A stretch of DNA of 64,000 bases from an uncultured Clostridia bacterium. Lineage in GTDB: Bacteria > Bacillota > Clostridia > Christensenellales > UBA1242. The first letter of the stretch is position 1; every line of letters begins with the position of its first letter. The stretch is from contig CALWTF010000022.1 of the NCBI GenBank assembly GCA_944384415.1, positions 20,116 through 84,115 on the forward strand, written 5' to 3'. Position numbers and translations under genes: made by a program. The notes under the pieces are model-generated. The model had not been told where the DNA came from. It ran no database searches and was given only the letters and a program-made list of their open reading frames with translations. Positions 50,452 through 60,120 of this stretch are shown one piece after another.

Positions 50452-50799
50452 TTATTCTGCTGTAACAGTTGTTTCCTCTGTTGATTCAGTTACTTCTTCT
50501 TTTTGTTTTGGAGCAGGAGGCATTTGTTTAGGTTTTGGCGCAACATAAGGAACAGCTTTTAATATATTTGCCTTAACCAATAACTCTTTTGCTGTTTCAG
50601 TTGGCTGAGCACCTGTACTTAACCAATATTTTACTCTTTCTTCTTTTAAATTAATTTCAAATGGTTGTTTTAATGGGTTATAAGTTCCCAAATTTTCAAT
50701 GTATTTTCCATCTCTTGCACATCTAGAATCCGCTGCTACCACACGGTAGAATGGTGATTTTTTATCACCAAGTCTTGTAAGTCTAATTTTAACTGCCAT
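50452..50799 (-). CDS. rpsP: 30S ribosomal protein S16 with a short C-terminal extension
   Basis: MAVKIRLTRLGDKKSPFYRVVAADSRCARDGKYIENLGTYNP is the S16 core. Confidence 0.95.
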   Translation of the reverse strand: MAVKIRLTRLGDKKSPFYRVVAADSRCARDGKYIENLGTYNPLKQPFEINLKEERVKYWLSTGAQPTETAKELLVKANILKAVPYVAPKPKQMPPAPKQKEEVTESTEETTVTAE

Positions 50800-50839
50800 T
50801 TTAATTTCTCCTTAATTATAAATTTTATATTAAATTCCA

Positions 50840-52159
50840 TTAAAAAAATGGTAATTTACCTCGTTTTTTACCAGAACCAAATTTTTTCATCATTTCTTTT
50901 GATTGATAAAATTGTTTAAGCAAAACATTTACATCTTGGATTGTTGTTCCACTTCCACTTGCTATACGCTTTTTTTGACTTGCTTTTATGATGTCTGGAT
51001 TTAATCTTTCCTTTTTAGTCATAGATAAAACTATTGCTTTATTACGCTCTATATCTTTAGGATTTATTTGAACATTACCAAGCTTTTTAGATGCACCTGG
51101 AATCATTTGAATAAGTTGATTAATATCTCCTAATTTATCAATATTTTTATATTGAGCTAAAAAATCCTCTAAAGTGAAAGAATTTTCTCGTAAAGCTTTT
51201 TCCATTTGTTTAAGCTGATTTTCATCAACAGCACTTTGAGCCTTCTCAATTAAAGTTAAAACATCACCCATTCCTAAAATTCTTGATGCCATTCTGTCAG
51301 GATAAAAGGGTTCAATATCACCTAATTTTTCACCTACACCACAAAATTTTATTGGTTTACCAGTTACCGCTTTAACAGATAATGCAACACCACCACGAGT
51401 GTCTCCATCAAGTTTTGTTACTATTATGCCAGATATATCTAACTTATCATTAAATTCCTTAGCTACATTAACACTATCTTGACCAGTCATTGCATCAATT
51501 GTTAATAAAATTTCTGCAGGTTTAACTTCTTTTTTGATATTTTGTAGTTCTTCCATTAATTCTTCATTAATATGCAATCTTCCAGCTGTATCAATAATAA
51601 CTACATTAAAATCATTTTTCTTAGCATACTCAATTGCCTGTCTTGAAGTTTTTACAGGATTTTGTGTGCCTTTATCAAAAACTTCAACACCAGCATTTTT
51701 TCCAACAATTTGTAATTGATTAATTGCTGCTGGACGATAAATATCACCTGCTACTAATAACACTTTTTTTCCTTGACTTTTAAGGTGTGCTCCCAATTTA
51801 CCACACATAGTGGTTTTTCCAGCACCTTGTAAACCACACATCATAATTACTGTTGGTGGAGTTCCTGAAAAATCTAATTTAGACTGTGAACTACCCATTA
51901 AAGCAATTAATTCGTCATTTACAATTTTTATTACTTGTTGCCCAGGTGTTAAACTTTTTAAAACTTCCTCACCTAAAGCTTTTTCAGAAACCTGTGCTAT
52001 AAATTGTTTTGCAACAGAAAAATTAACATCAGCTTCTAAAAGAGCAACTCTTATTTCCCTCATTGCTTGATTAATTTCAAGCTCTGTAAGTTTGCCTCGT
52101 TTTGTTATCTTTGAAAAAATGTGAGAAAGACGCTCAGATAATGAACTAAAAATTGCCAT
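50840..52159 (-). CDS. ffh: signal recognition particle protein Ffh
   Basis: NG domain with GLQGAGKTT, DTAGRL, TKLDGDTRGG; Met-rich M domain. Confidence 0.97.
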   Translation of the reverse strand: MAIFSSLSERLSHIFSKITKRGKLTELEINQAMREIRVALLEADVNFSVAKQFIAQVSEKALGEEVLKSLTPGQQVIKIVNDELIALMGSSQSKLDFSGTPPTVIMMCGLQGAGKTTMCGKLGAHLKSQGKKVLLVAGDIYRPAAINQLQIVGKNAGVEVFDKGTQNPVKTSRQAIEYAKKNDFNVVIIDTAGRLHINEELMEELQNIKKEVKPAEILLTIDAMTGQDSVNVAKEFNDKLDISGIIVTKLDGDTRGGVALSVKAVTGKPIKFCGVGEKLGDIEPFYPDRMASRILGMGDVLTLIEKAQSAVDENQLKQMEKALRENSFTLEDFLAQYKNIDKLGDINQLIQMIPGASKKLGNVQINPKDIERNKAIVLSMTKKERLNPDIIKASQKKRIASGSGTTIQDVNVLLKQFYQSKEMMKKFGSGKKRGKLPFF

Positions 52160-52160
52160 T

Positions 52161-52502
52161 TTATTCTCCCAAAGTTTTTATTAATTGTGAAAGTTTTTCA
52201 ATGATTTTGTTTTTAGTTTCAATATCAATATCAAAACTTGACACAATAACAGGTAATTGCAGTAATATATTGTTTATTTTACTACAAATTCCTAATCTCA
52301 TTTCCAAATCTTTTAAGCGTTGTGTAGTGCGTCGAACTAAATCCAACACTGCTTGTCTGGAAATTCCCATATCTTGAGCTATTTCTGTTAACGAACCGTT
52401 ATAATTAATATAACTATTCATTGTTCTCTTCTGTTTGGTTGTTAAAAATTTTGAATAAACATCTAGCATTTGAGACAGTGCAAGCATTTCATCAATGTTC
52501 AT
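52161..52502 (-). CDS. ylxM: YlxM/UPF0122 putative DNA-binding protein
   Basis: LLDVYSKFLTTKQKRTMNSYINYNGSLTEIAQDMGISRQAV (HTH); immediately upstream of ffh. Start at the ATG 52502 (AAGGTGG SD). Confidence 0.85.
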   Translation of the reverse strand: MNIDEMLALSQMLDVYSKFLTTKQKRTMNSYINYNGSLTEIAQDMGISRQAVLDLVRRTTQRLKDLEMRLGICSKINNILLQLPVIVSSFDIDIETKNKIIEKLSQLIKTLGE

Positions 52503-52629
52503 TTCCACCACCTTGTGTTGTAAAGTATTTCTACTTTACAGTCATTATATATCTTTTTATATTCATTGTCAATAGTTTACATATAAAATTTGGTTATTTA
52601 TTTAATTGTTTTATCACATAATAATTAAT

Positions 52630-53172
52630 ATGAAAAGTAAAACTTGGATTATATTTTTTGTTATTATTTTTTGTTTTGTCATATTAGCAGTAAGTTTATC
52701 TGCTTTTGTTTATTATTTCCCGCAAAAACATAGAGATTTAATTAAATTATATTCAACTCAAAATAATTTAAATCCATCACTTGTTGCAAGCATTATAAAT
52801 GCAGAAAGCAGATACAACAGTAATGCAAAGTCTTCAGCTGGAGCATTAGGACTTATGCAAATAATGCCGGAAACGGCTTTTTGGGTTGCAGAAAATAATA
52901 ATATTTTACTTAATAATGAAGAAGAATTATTTGAACCACAAAAAAATATTGAAATTGGTTGTTGTTATTTAAAAATATTATTAACTGAATTTTCAAATAT
53001 AAAAACAGTTCTATGCGCCTATAATGCAGGACCTTCATATGCAAGGCTTTGGCTTAAAAACACACAATATTGTTCTGATGGTAAAGAAATTAATAATCCA
53101 CCTTTCACAGAAACAAGTAATTATGTAGATAAAGTTCTTTTCTATCAAAAATTTTATTCTTTTGTTTGGTAG
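52630..53172 (+). CDS. lytic transglycosylase (SLT domain) with N-terminal membrane anchor
   Basis: AESRYNSNAKSSAGALGLMQIMPETA (catalytic Glu block) and AYNAGPS. ATG at 52630 preferred to the track's TTG at 52606. Confidence 0.8.
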   Translation: MKSKTWIIFFVIIFCFVILAVSLSAFVYYFPQKHRDLIKLYSTQNNLNPSLVASIINAESRYNSNAKSSAGALGLMQIMPETAFWVAENNNILLNNEEELFEPQKNIEIGCCYLKILLTEFSNIKTVLCAYNAGPSYARLWLKNTQYCSDGKEINNPPFTETSNYVDKVLFYQKFYSFVW

Positions 53173-53179
53173 AAATTAG

Positions 53180-53209
53180 TTGACAAATTTTACTACATTT
53201 ATGTATTAT
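53180..53209 (+). promoter_or_regulatory. sigma-70 promoter candidate for the DegV-like gene
   Basis: TTGACA (53180-53185), 18-nt spacer, TATTAT (53204-53209). Confidence 0.5.
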
Positions 53210-53232
53210 TTAATATATAGAGGTGGTAAAAA

Positions 53233-54117
53233 ATGGCAAAATTTTTTGTAGATGCTTTTGCAGATATGTTTGGTGATGAATTAGAAAAAAATGATTTAAT
53301 TTTAGCACCTAGTAAAATTAAAAAAGGAAAAACAATTATTAATTTTACTGGATATGATTCAAAAATAGTTCCTGATAAATCATTAATATCTGACATAAAA
53401 GCAGGAAAATATCAAATTATTCCTTTAACACAACAAGAATGGATTGAATATTTTACACCATATCTTGATGATGGAGAAGATATTGTTTTCTTCTCTATTT
53501 CGTTAGAATTGCTTACTGAAGGTGGTGCTGATTTAAAAGCTGCATTTGCTGAGCTTGATAGTCGTTATCCTAATCAAAAAGTTATTTTAGTTAACACTTT
53601 AACCGTTTCTCGTGGCACAAGTGATATTGCAAAACTGACAACAACACTTTTCAAACGAAATAATGATTTTATGGAAGCTGTAAAATTTGCTAATAATCTT
53701 TCTGGACAATATCTAACAGCATTTGTTGTTGATGATGTTGAATACTTAGCAAAAAATCCCCTTGTAGACCAAGTTGAAGAAGTTTTTTCAGGCTCATTAG
53801 TTAATATGAAACCTATCATAAGTATCAACACACAAGGAAAAATTGATTTATTAGAAAAAGTAAAAGGTTTTAAAACAGCTGTTTCAAAATTGTATTCAAT
53901 TGTAACACATAATGGAGAAAATATTGCAGACTACACTTTTTCAATCGTTAGTTTAAATGCAGATGACGAAGCACAAAAATTGTATAATAGGTTTTTAGAA
54001 TATGTAAGCGAAACTGAAATATCATTATCAAAGCTTTCAATCAATAATGCTATTGTTGTAGGTGCTAAATGTGTTGGTTTAACATTTCATAGTAGACAAA
54101 AAACAGTAAATGATTAA
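53233..54117 (+). CDS. DegV family (fatty-acid-binding) protein, divergent N-terminus
   Basis: AGGTGG SD. Blocks FVVDDVEYLAKN and GSLVNMKPIISI align with DegV FMVDDLAHL / GSLLKVKPIL. The usual N-terminal DS motif is replaced (FVDAFAD). Confidence 0.65.
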   Translation: MAKFFVDAFADMFGDELEKNDLILAPSKIKKGKTIINFTGYDSKIVPDKSLISDIKAGKYQIIPLTQQEWIEYFTPYLDDGEDIVFFSISLELLTEGGADLKAAFAELDSRYPNQKVILVNTLTVSRGTSDIAKLTTTLFKRNNDFMEAVKFANNLSGQYLTAFVVDDVEYLAKNPLVDQVEEVFSGSLVNMKPIISINTQGKIDLLEKVKGFKTAVSKLYSIVTHNGENIADYTFSIVSLNADDEAQKLYNRFLEYVSETEISLSKLSINNAIVVGAKCVGLTFHSRQKTVND

Positions 54118-54132
54118 CATAATTATAATATA

Positions 54133-54179
54133 AAAAAAAGAGTGTAAAATACAGGTTTTAAATTTTATACTCTTTTTTT
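54133..54179. terminator. bidirectional terminator between DegV-like gene and yebC-like gene
   Basis: ~12-bp stem AGAGTGTAAAAT / ATTTTATACTCT (one G-U or mismatch), A8 upstream and T7 downstream. Confidence 0.6.
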
Positions 54180-54185
54180 ATTAAA

Positions 54186-54920
54186 TTATTCTTCATCTTT
54201 TAATTCAACATTATGAAAAACATTTTGAACATCATCATTCTCTTCAAATGCATCTAACATCTTTATAAAAGAATTATACTTTTGCTCTTCAAGTTCCATT
54301 GTGTTTTCTGCAACCATTTGAATTTCAGCATTCATAATTTCAAAACCTTGTTTTTCTAATGCATCACGAATTGAATTTAACCTTGAAGCATCACTGCAAA
54401 ATGTATAAGTTTCACCATCATTTTCTACATCATCAGCATCTACATCTAATGCTAGTGTCATAACATCATCTTCACTTAACCCATCTTTTGCTTTAACTGT
54501 TACAACTGCTGTTCGTTTAAATAAATAGCTAACGCTATTAGGTCCACCTAAAGAACCACCAGCTCTATCAAAAATATGACGAATTTCGGCAGCTGCACGA
54601 TTTTTATTATCAGTTAAAAGTTCAACCATAACAGCTGAACCACCAGGTCCATACCCTTCATACATTAATTCTTCGTAATTTACAGAACTAAGTTCACCTG
54701 TTGCCTTTTTAATGCTTCTTTGAATATTATCATTAGGCATATTGTTAGCTTTTGCTTTTGCAATAACTGTAGCAAGTCGAGGATTTGTTGCTGGGTCACC
54801 TCCACCATTTTTACAAGCAATAGCAATTTCTTTTCCAATTTTAGTAAAAATTTTACCGCGGGCATTATCTGTTTTTGCTTTATCTCTTTTTATAGTTGCC
54901 CATTTACTATGTCCTGACAT
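54186..54920 (-). CDS. YebC/PmpR family DNA-binding transcriptional regulator
   Basis: MSGHSKWATIKRDKAKTDNARGKIFTK is the invariant YebC N-terminus. Confidence 0.95.
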   Translation of the reverse strand: MSGHSKWATIKRDKAKTDNARGKIFTKIGKEIAIACKNGGGDPATNPRLATVIAKAKANNMPNDNIQRSIKKATGELSSVNYEELMYEGYGPGGSAVMVELLTDNKNRAAAEIRHIFDRAGGSLGGPNSVSYLFKRTAVVTVKAKDGLSEDDVMTLALDVDADDVENDGETYTFCSDASRLNSIRDALEKQGFEIMNAEIQMVAENTMELEEQKYNSFIKMLDAFEENDDVQNVFHNVELKDEE

Positions 54921-54934
54921 AATATATCTCCCCT

Positions 54935-55681
54935 TTAATTTTTTAAAATATACATTAATATAGAAGCAGAAACAGCTACATTTAGCGATTCCACATTATT
55001 TATCATAGATAATCCAACTACTGATGAACAACAATTTTTAACTTTTTCATCAACTCCGTTTGCTTCATTACCAAGCACAATACCAAAAATTTTTGATTTA
55101 ACTTTAAAATCAAGTGCTTCTTGACCATTCATATCGGCACAAATTAATTCAAATTTTTCAGAAATTAATTTAAGTTGTTCAATTGTTATAGAAACAATTT
55201 TACAATCAAATAAAGTGCCCATAGTTGAACGCATTACTTTATCATTGTAAAACTCAACCCCATTTAAAGTGTAAATTGTATTAAAACCAAAAGCAACGGC
55301 TGTTCTAATAATCGTTCCAAAATTGCCTGGGTCTGAAACATTATCTAAAACTAAAAAATTTGTTTTTGGAAATTCAAACTTAAATTTAGGAAGTTCAACA
55401 ACTGCAATTATTCCCTGAGAAGTTTTTGTTTGAGATAAAAGTTCAAACACTTGTTCTGAAACTTGAATAAATTCACAATTAATTTGAGTTAAATTTTTAA
55501 TTAAGTTTTCATCAGTAAAAATTATATTATGAACTTTAACATTACGATTTACAGAATCATCTATAAACCGTTTACCCTCAATTAGAACTTTACCAAATTG
55601 AGAAATATATTTTTTGTTTTTTAATTTAGCAAATTCTTTAATTAAAGGATTTGCCCTACTTGTAATAATTGTTGTTTTCAT
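54935..55681 (-). CDS. TrmH/SpoU family RNA 2'-O-methyltransferase
   Basis: LVLDNVSDPGNFGTIIRTA, IVLGNEANGV, SLNVAVSASILMY: SPOUT motifs 1-3; downstream of rplT as B. subtilis ysgA. Confidence 0.85.
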   Translation of the reverse strand: MKTTIITSRANPLIKEFAKLKNKKYISQFGKVLIEGKRFIDDSVNRNVKVHNIIFTDENLIKNLTQINCEFIQVSEQVFELLSQTKTSQGIIAVVELPKFKFEFPKTNFLVLDNVSDPGNFGTIIRTAVAFGFNTIYTLNGVEFYNDKVMRSTMGTLFDCKIVSITIEQLKLISEKFELICADMNGQEALDFKVKSKIFGIVLGNEANGVDEKVKNCCSSVVGLSMINNVESLNVAVSASILMYILKN

Positions 55682-55688
55682 TTAACAC

Positions 55689-55719
55689 CAAAAACAGTTT
55701 TCTAACAAAAGAAAACTGT
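55689..55719 (-). terminator. rho-independent terminator after rplT
   Basis: 9-bp perfect stem (plus ACAGTTTTC / GAAAACTGT), 8-nt loop, T-run on the minus strand. Confidence 0.65.
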
Positions 55720-55727
55720 CCCTTTAA

Positions 55728-56081
55728 TTAAGCAATTGCTTTTTTAGCTGTTTCAACAAGGTTTGAAAACGCTGTTGCATCAGAAACTGCAATTTCTGCT
55801 AAAACCTTACGATTAAGATTAATATTTGCAAGTTTTAAACCGTGCATAAAAACACTGTATGAAATATTGTTTTGTCTGCAAGCACCGTTTATACGAGCAA
55901 TCCACAATGTACGCATATCTCTTTTAAGTAACTTTCTACCTTTGTAGGAATAATTACCTGAGTGCATAACTTGTTCTTTTGCTGCTTTAAATTGTTTACT
56001 TTTTGCACCAAAATAACCTTTAGCTTTTTTCAAAATAGCATTTCTTTTTTTAATAGCGTGAACACCATTTTTAATTCTCAT
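55728..56081 (-). CDS. rplT: 50S ribosomal protein L20
   Basis: [28 protein letters not shown]...[14 protein letters not shown] is the L20 core. Confidence 0.97.
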   Translation of the reverse strand: MRIKNGVHAIKKRNAILKKAKGYFGAKSKQFKAAKEQVMHSGNYSYKGRKLLKRDMRTLWIARINGACRQNNISYSVFMHGLKLANINLNRKVLAEIAVSDATAFSNLVETAKKAIA

Positions 56082-56095
56082 AGTCTACTTCCCCC

Positions 56096-56287
56096 TTATT
56101 GAAGAGCATTCGTAATCTTTGGTGCGTCTGCTTTTGAAACAACACTTCCAGCACGAAGGCGTCTTTTCCTTTTACTTGATTTTTTAGTCATAATGTGACC
56201 TCTGTATTGACAGCCACGCTTAATAACGCCATTTTTATTTCTTCTAAAACGCTTTTTGGCTGCACTGTTACTTTTCATTTTAGGCAT
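56096..56287 (-). CDS. rpmI: 50S ribosomal protein L35
   Basis: [14 protein letters not shown]...[15 protein letters not shown]; sits between infC and rplT. Confidence 0.95.
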   Translation of the reverse strand: MPKMKSNSAAKKRFRRNKNGVIKRGCQYRGHIMTKKSSKRKRRLRAGSVVSKADAPKITNALQ

Positions 56288-56304
56288 TTCTATTTCTCCT
56301 TATA

Positions 56305-56820
56305 TTATTTAGATGTTTTGGGAGCAAGAATCATTGTTATTACTGAACCGCTTAAAATTGGCTTTTGTTCCATAACACAATCATTTTGCAAAATTTCATA
56401 AAACTTGTTCATATTTTCAATTCCCTGATGAGCAAAGCCAGCAAGCCTTCCATAAACACCCTTTATTGTAACACGAACCTTGTCACCAGATTGTAAAAAT
56501 TTTAAAACTTGTTTTGCTTTATATTGAAGGTCATAATCTTCAATACGCATACTTAAAAGCATACCTTTAATGTCTGCTGCTTTTTGCTTTTTCTTTGCTT
56601 CTTTTTCTTTTCTTTGTGTTTCAAATTTATACTTACCATAGTTCATAATCTTGCATACTGGCGGAGTAGCATTTGGTGAAATGTTTACTAAATCAAGGTT
56701 AAATTCTTCAGCTTTATTTAGTGCTTCCTGAATTGAAACTATACCTAATTGCTCACCTTCAGTTCCAAGTAATCGAACTTGTTTAGCAGTAATCTGCTCA
56801 TTAATCAATAAATCTTTTAT
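56305..56820 (-). CDS. infC: translation initiation factor IF-3 (probable non-canonical AUA start)
   Basis: KDLLINEQITAKQVRLLGTEGEQLGI...PPVCKIMNYGKYKFE matches IF-3. GGAGG lies inside the track's first codons (GTG GAG GGT at 56835), 8 nt upstream of an in-frame ATA at 56820. No canonical start is better placed. Confidence 0.9.
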   Translation of the reverse strand: MKDLLINEQITAKQVRLLGTEGEQLGIVSIQEALNKAEEFNLDLVNISPNATPPVCKIMNYGKYKFETQRKEKEAKKKQKAADIKGMLLSMRIEDYDLQYKAKQVLKFLQSGDKVRVTIKGVYGRLAGFAHQGIENMNKFYEILQNDCVMEQKPILSGSVITMILAPKTSK

Positions 56821-56852
56821 TTTTTTACCCTCCACAAAACATAATATTTAAA

Positions 56853-56988
56853 CAAAAAAGAAGTGGATAGAATCTACCCACTCCAAAACATATAACAAAT
56901 AAGCAAATAAACTTATAAATTATATCTAATATAAAACCAAATCTAAGTAAACTTGACTGGTGAGAAGTGAGTTCTTCTTCTTTGTTAT
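56853..56988 (-). promoter_or_regulatory. infC-rpmI-rplT leader with terminator hairpin (L20-leader-type attenuator candidate)
   Basis: ~135-nt leader downstream of a consensus promoter. It ends in a 9-bp hairpin AGTGGGTAG / CTATCCACT (one G-U) plus UCUUUUUUG just before the infC SD. L20-mediated attenuation of this operon is known in Firmicutes. Confidence 0.5.
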
Positions 56989-56994
56989 GAAGTT

Positions 56995-57023
56995 ATTATA
57001 TACAAAATAATAAACAAAGTCAA
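56995..57023 (-). promoter_or_regulatory. consensus sigma-70 promoter for the infC operon
   Basis: Minus strand: TTGACT, 17-nt spacer, TATAAT. Confidence 0.7.
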
Positions 57024-57037
57024 TAGTTTTTATCAAG

Positions 57038-58951
57038 TTATTTTATTATTTTTTCAAAAATTTCTTTTTTTAAACTATTACAAAATTCATCAAGTGTCAT
57101 TGTACCCATATCACCATTTTTACGATGTCTAACGGCAATAATATTTTGCTGTTGTTCATTATCACCTACAACAATCATATATGGTATTTTTTGTAGTTGT
57201 GCTTCTCTTATTTTATAACCAATTTTCTCATTACGCAAATCAACTTCAACACGAACACCATTAGCTTCTAGTTTTTCGGCAATTTCTTTTACATATTCAG
57301 AATTTCTATCAGTTAAAGCCATAACTTTTACTTGAACAGGAGCAAGCCATACAGGAAAAGCCCCAGCAAAATGTTCTGTTAATATTCCAAAAAACCTTTC
57401 TATAGAACCGTAAATAACCCTGTGAAGCATAATTGGTTCTTTCCTATCACCATTTTCATCTATATATTCAAGCTCAAAGCGTTTTGGTAATTGCATATCT
57501 AACTGAATAGTTCCACATTGCCAAGTTCTACCTATAGCATCTTGAATATGAATATCAAGTTTTGGTCCATAAAAAGCACCATCTCCAGCATTAATTTGAT
57601 AAGCTATATTTCTTCGTTCTAAAGCATTTTTTAAACAAGTTTCAGCGTGTTCCCAATCTTTTAATTCACCCATATGGTCATCTGGCATAGTAGATAATTC
57701 TATATGATATTTAAGACCAAAAGTTGAATAAACTTTATCAACCAAAGCCAAAACCCCCATAACTTCATCTTCAATTTGCTCAGGAGTCATAAAAATATGT
57801 GCATCATCTTGAGTAAAACATCTAACACGGAACAATCCATGCAAAGTACCACTTGCTTCGTGACGATGAACTTTTCCTAATTCACCTACCCGTAAAGGTA
57901 AATCCCTATATGAATGAATATTTTCTTTATAATACAACATTCCACCTGGGCAATTCATTGGTTTTATTGCAAACTCTTCATCATCTTTGATTTGAAAAGT
58001 ATACATATTATCACGGTAATGAGCCCAATGACCTGACTTTTCCCATAATGATTTACTCATTGCAATTGGTGTTGAAATTTCAACATAACCAGCTTTACGA
58101 TGGATTTCACGCCAATAATCTATTAAATTATTTATAACATTTAATCCTTTTGGCATAAAGAAAGGCATACCTTGTGCATATGGTGAAATAAAGAAAAGTT
58201 CTTGCTCTTTCCCAATTTTTCTATGATCTCGAAGTTTAGCTTGTTCTAACATTTCTAAATAAGCATCAAGTTCGCTTTTTTTAGGGAAAGATGTACCATA
58301 AATTCTTGTTAACATTTTGTTTTTCTCATCACCTCTCCAATAAGCACCTGTTATTGATTGTAATTTTAATGCTTTAATTATTGATATATCTTCCAAATGA
58401 GGTCCACGACATAAGTCAATTAATTCTCCTAAGGTATAAGTTGTAATAATTTCACCATCAGGAATTGCTTCCAATAGTTCTAATTTATAAATTTCATTCA
58501 TATCTGAAAACAATTTATATGCTTCTTCTTTTTTTACTTCCTGTCTTTTAAATTTTAAGCCTTCTTTTATTATTTTTTGCATTTCAGCTTCAATTTTATT
58601 TAAATCCTCTTGTTTTATAGGATTTTCAAAGTCAAAATCATAATAAAAACCATCTTGAATTGCTGGTCCAATAGAAATTTTAACATTTGGGAATAATCTT
58701 TTAACAGCTAAGGCTAATATATGAGCAGTAGAATGACGAAAAACCTCCATACCTTCCTTATCTTTTAAAGTTACAATTTCAACTGTTTGATTGTTTTTTA
58801 CAGGTTCAGATAACTGTACCATTTTTCCATCTATTTTCCCTGCAATAGCATTTCTAGCAAGGCCATCACTAATATTTTTTGCAACATCTAGAACAGTTGC
58901 TCCCTCTTGAACTTGTTGAACACTACCATCTTTTATTTTAATGTTTATCAT
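57038..58951 (-). CDS. thrS: threonine--tRNA ligase
   Basis: N-terminal TGS domain, second additional domain, class II core (FRVRCFTQDDAHIF, HRHEASGTLHGL), anticodon-binding domain. Confidence 0.97.
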   Translation of the reverse strand: MINIKIKDGSVQQVQEGATVLDVAKNISDGLARNAIAGKIDGKMVQLSEPVKNNQTVEIVTLKDKEGMEVFRHSTAHILALAVKRLFPNVKISIGPAIQDGFYYDFDFENPIKQEDLNKIEAEMQKIIKEGLKFKRQEVKKEEAYKLFSDMNEIYKLELLEAIPDGEIITTYTLGELIDLCRGPHLEDISIIKALKLQSITGAYWRGDEKNKMLTRIYGTSFPKKSELDAYLEMLEQAKLRDHRKIGKEQELFFISPYAQGMPFFMPKGLNVINNLIDYWREIHRKAGYVEISTPIAMSKSLWEKSGHWAHYRDNMYTFQIKDDEEFAIKPMNCPGGMLYYKENIHSYRDLPLRVGELGKVHRHEASGTLHGLFRVRCFTQDDAHIFMTPEQIEDEVMGVLALVDKVYSTFGLKYHIELSTMPDDHMGELKDWEHAETCLKNALERRNIAYQINAGDGAFYGPKLDIHIQDAIGRTWQCGTIQLDMQLPKRFELEYIDENGDRKEPIMLHRVIYGSIERFFGILTEHFAGAFPVWLAPVQVKVMALTDRNSEYVKEIAEKLEANGVRVEVDLRNEKIGYKIREAQLQKIPYMIVVGDNEQQQNIIAVRHRKNGDMGTMTLDEFCNSLKKEIFEKIIK

Positions 58952-58974
58952 CTTAAAACTCCTTTTTAGACAAG

Positions 58975-59203
58975 AAAAAACTCGTCCAATGTAAAAATTT
59001 TTTCACAAAGGACGAGAAATTACCCCGCGGTTCCACCTTTTTTGCTTTAAAAGCCACTCTTTTTATCTTTTATCGTAAAGATTAAAACGCATTAGCAAAT
59101 AGGTGGTTTCTTATAAAACTTCAAATGTTTCACTTCCAGCCAAGGTGAAATTCTCTGTTCATCGAACTGTTTTTAATACTTGTCCTATTTGTATTACTAT
59201 GAT
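58975..59203 (-). promoter_or_regulatory. T-box riboswitch leader, Thr specifier (ACC)
   Basis: Minus strand: AGAGA box (GAACAGAGAA), specifier context GAA-ACC-A (ACC at 59105-59107), T-box sequence AAAGGTGGAACCGCGGGG (59023-59040). Terminator CTCGTCC...GGACGAG + T6 (58975-59016), then AAAGGAG SD. Confidence 0.85.
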
Positions 59204-59209
59204 AAATTT

Positions 59210-59237
59210 ATTATACAACATTAAAATAAAAAGTCAA
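59210..59237 (-). promoter_or_regulatory. sigma-70 promoter for the thrS T-box leader
   Basis: Minus strand: TTGACT, 16-nt spacer, TATAAT. Confidence 0.65.
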
Positions 59238-59253
59238 CTATAATTTTAACTTT

Positions 59254-59997
59254 TTAATTATCTTTTATTATTTCAACCCTACCATCAAACAATTCCGAAA
59301 GTAAATTTATAATATTTCTTGCATTATTGTTTGCAATTAACTTTATATGTTGAGGGCACATCTCTATTAATTCACTTATTATTCCGAACTCATCATTTAA
59401 ATCAAATGTATTTATCGAAATAATGCTGTTTTGCTTTTCTTCATATACAATGCAAGGACTTTTAAATGATACTACAACACATTCTTTTTTAATTTCTAAG
59501 TTAGAAATTAAAAATTTAAGCAATTCTATAAAAGTTTCACTTTGTAAAAACAAAACCGAGTTATTATTTGTTAAATTGCAAAGCTCTTTCCATTTAGATT
59601 TCAAAGGTTTTAATTTAAAATTTAAATAACTTTCTAAAACTATTTTAGGAGAATATTTTATAGAGCGTAAAACAATTTGTCTTTCAATTTCACTATCAAA
59701 ATAAGTTAACACTTTTATTAATGCATTAAAAAATCCTTCCGACTGAGAAACAATTGTTACATTTTTAAAAAGATATTTATATTTCATTATATCACAAAAA
59801 ATTTCACATAACACAAAGCGTAAAACTCCCCACAATTTTTGTGAATCCTCTTTTTTACAACCAAATGAAATACTTGTACCATCTTTTGAAATTCCTACAA
59901 CAGCATTTAAAGAATTTATTGTATTTACCATTTGTTCATTTATGTATTTAATATAATCTTTATTTCCCGAGTTACTATCTATGCAAATTTCCCACAT
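59254..59997 (-). CDS. ytxC: YtxC-like sporulation-associated protein
   Basis: Directly upstream of thrS as in B. subtilis. Has the pattern VLESYLNFKLKPL ... ETFIELLKFLISN, reminiscent of the YtxC family. Confidence 0.55.
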   Translation of the reverse strand: MWEICIDSNSGNKDYIKYINEQMVNTINSLNAVVGISKDGTSISFGCKKEDSQKLWGVLRFVLCEIFCDIMKYKYLFKNVTIVSQSEGFFNALIKVLTYFDSEIERQIVLRSIKYSPKIVLESYLNFKLKPLKSKWKELCNLTNNNSVLFLQSETFIELLKFLISNLEIKKECVVVSFKSPCIVYEEKQNSIISINTFDLNDEFGIISELIEMCPQHIKLIANNNARNIINLLSELFDGRVEIIKDN

Positions 59998-60061
59998 AAA
60001 AACTCCTTTGGCAGTATTATATGCAAATCAAATTTTTCTACTCAAAAAAATTTAAAGTAAA

Positions 60062-60099
60062 TAAAAAAATAAAAAGAACAGGTCAACAAAACCTGTTCT
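60062..60099 (-). terminator. rho-independent terminator after rubrerythrin
   Basis: 9-bp perfect stem (plus AGAACAGGT / ACCTGTTCT), 7-nt loop, long T-run on the minus strand. Confidence 0.7.
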
Positions 60100-60120
60100 A
60101 TATTCCATCTGTTAATTTAA

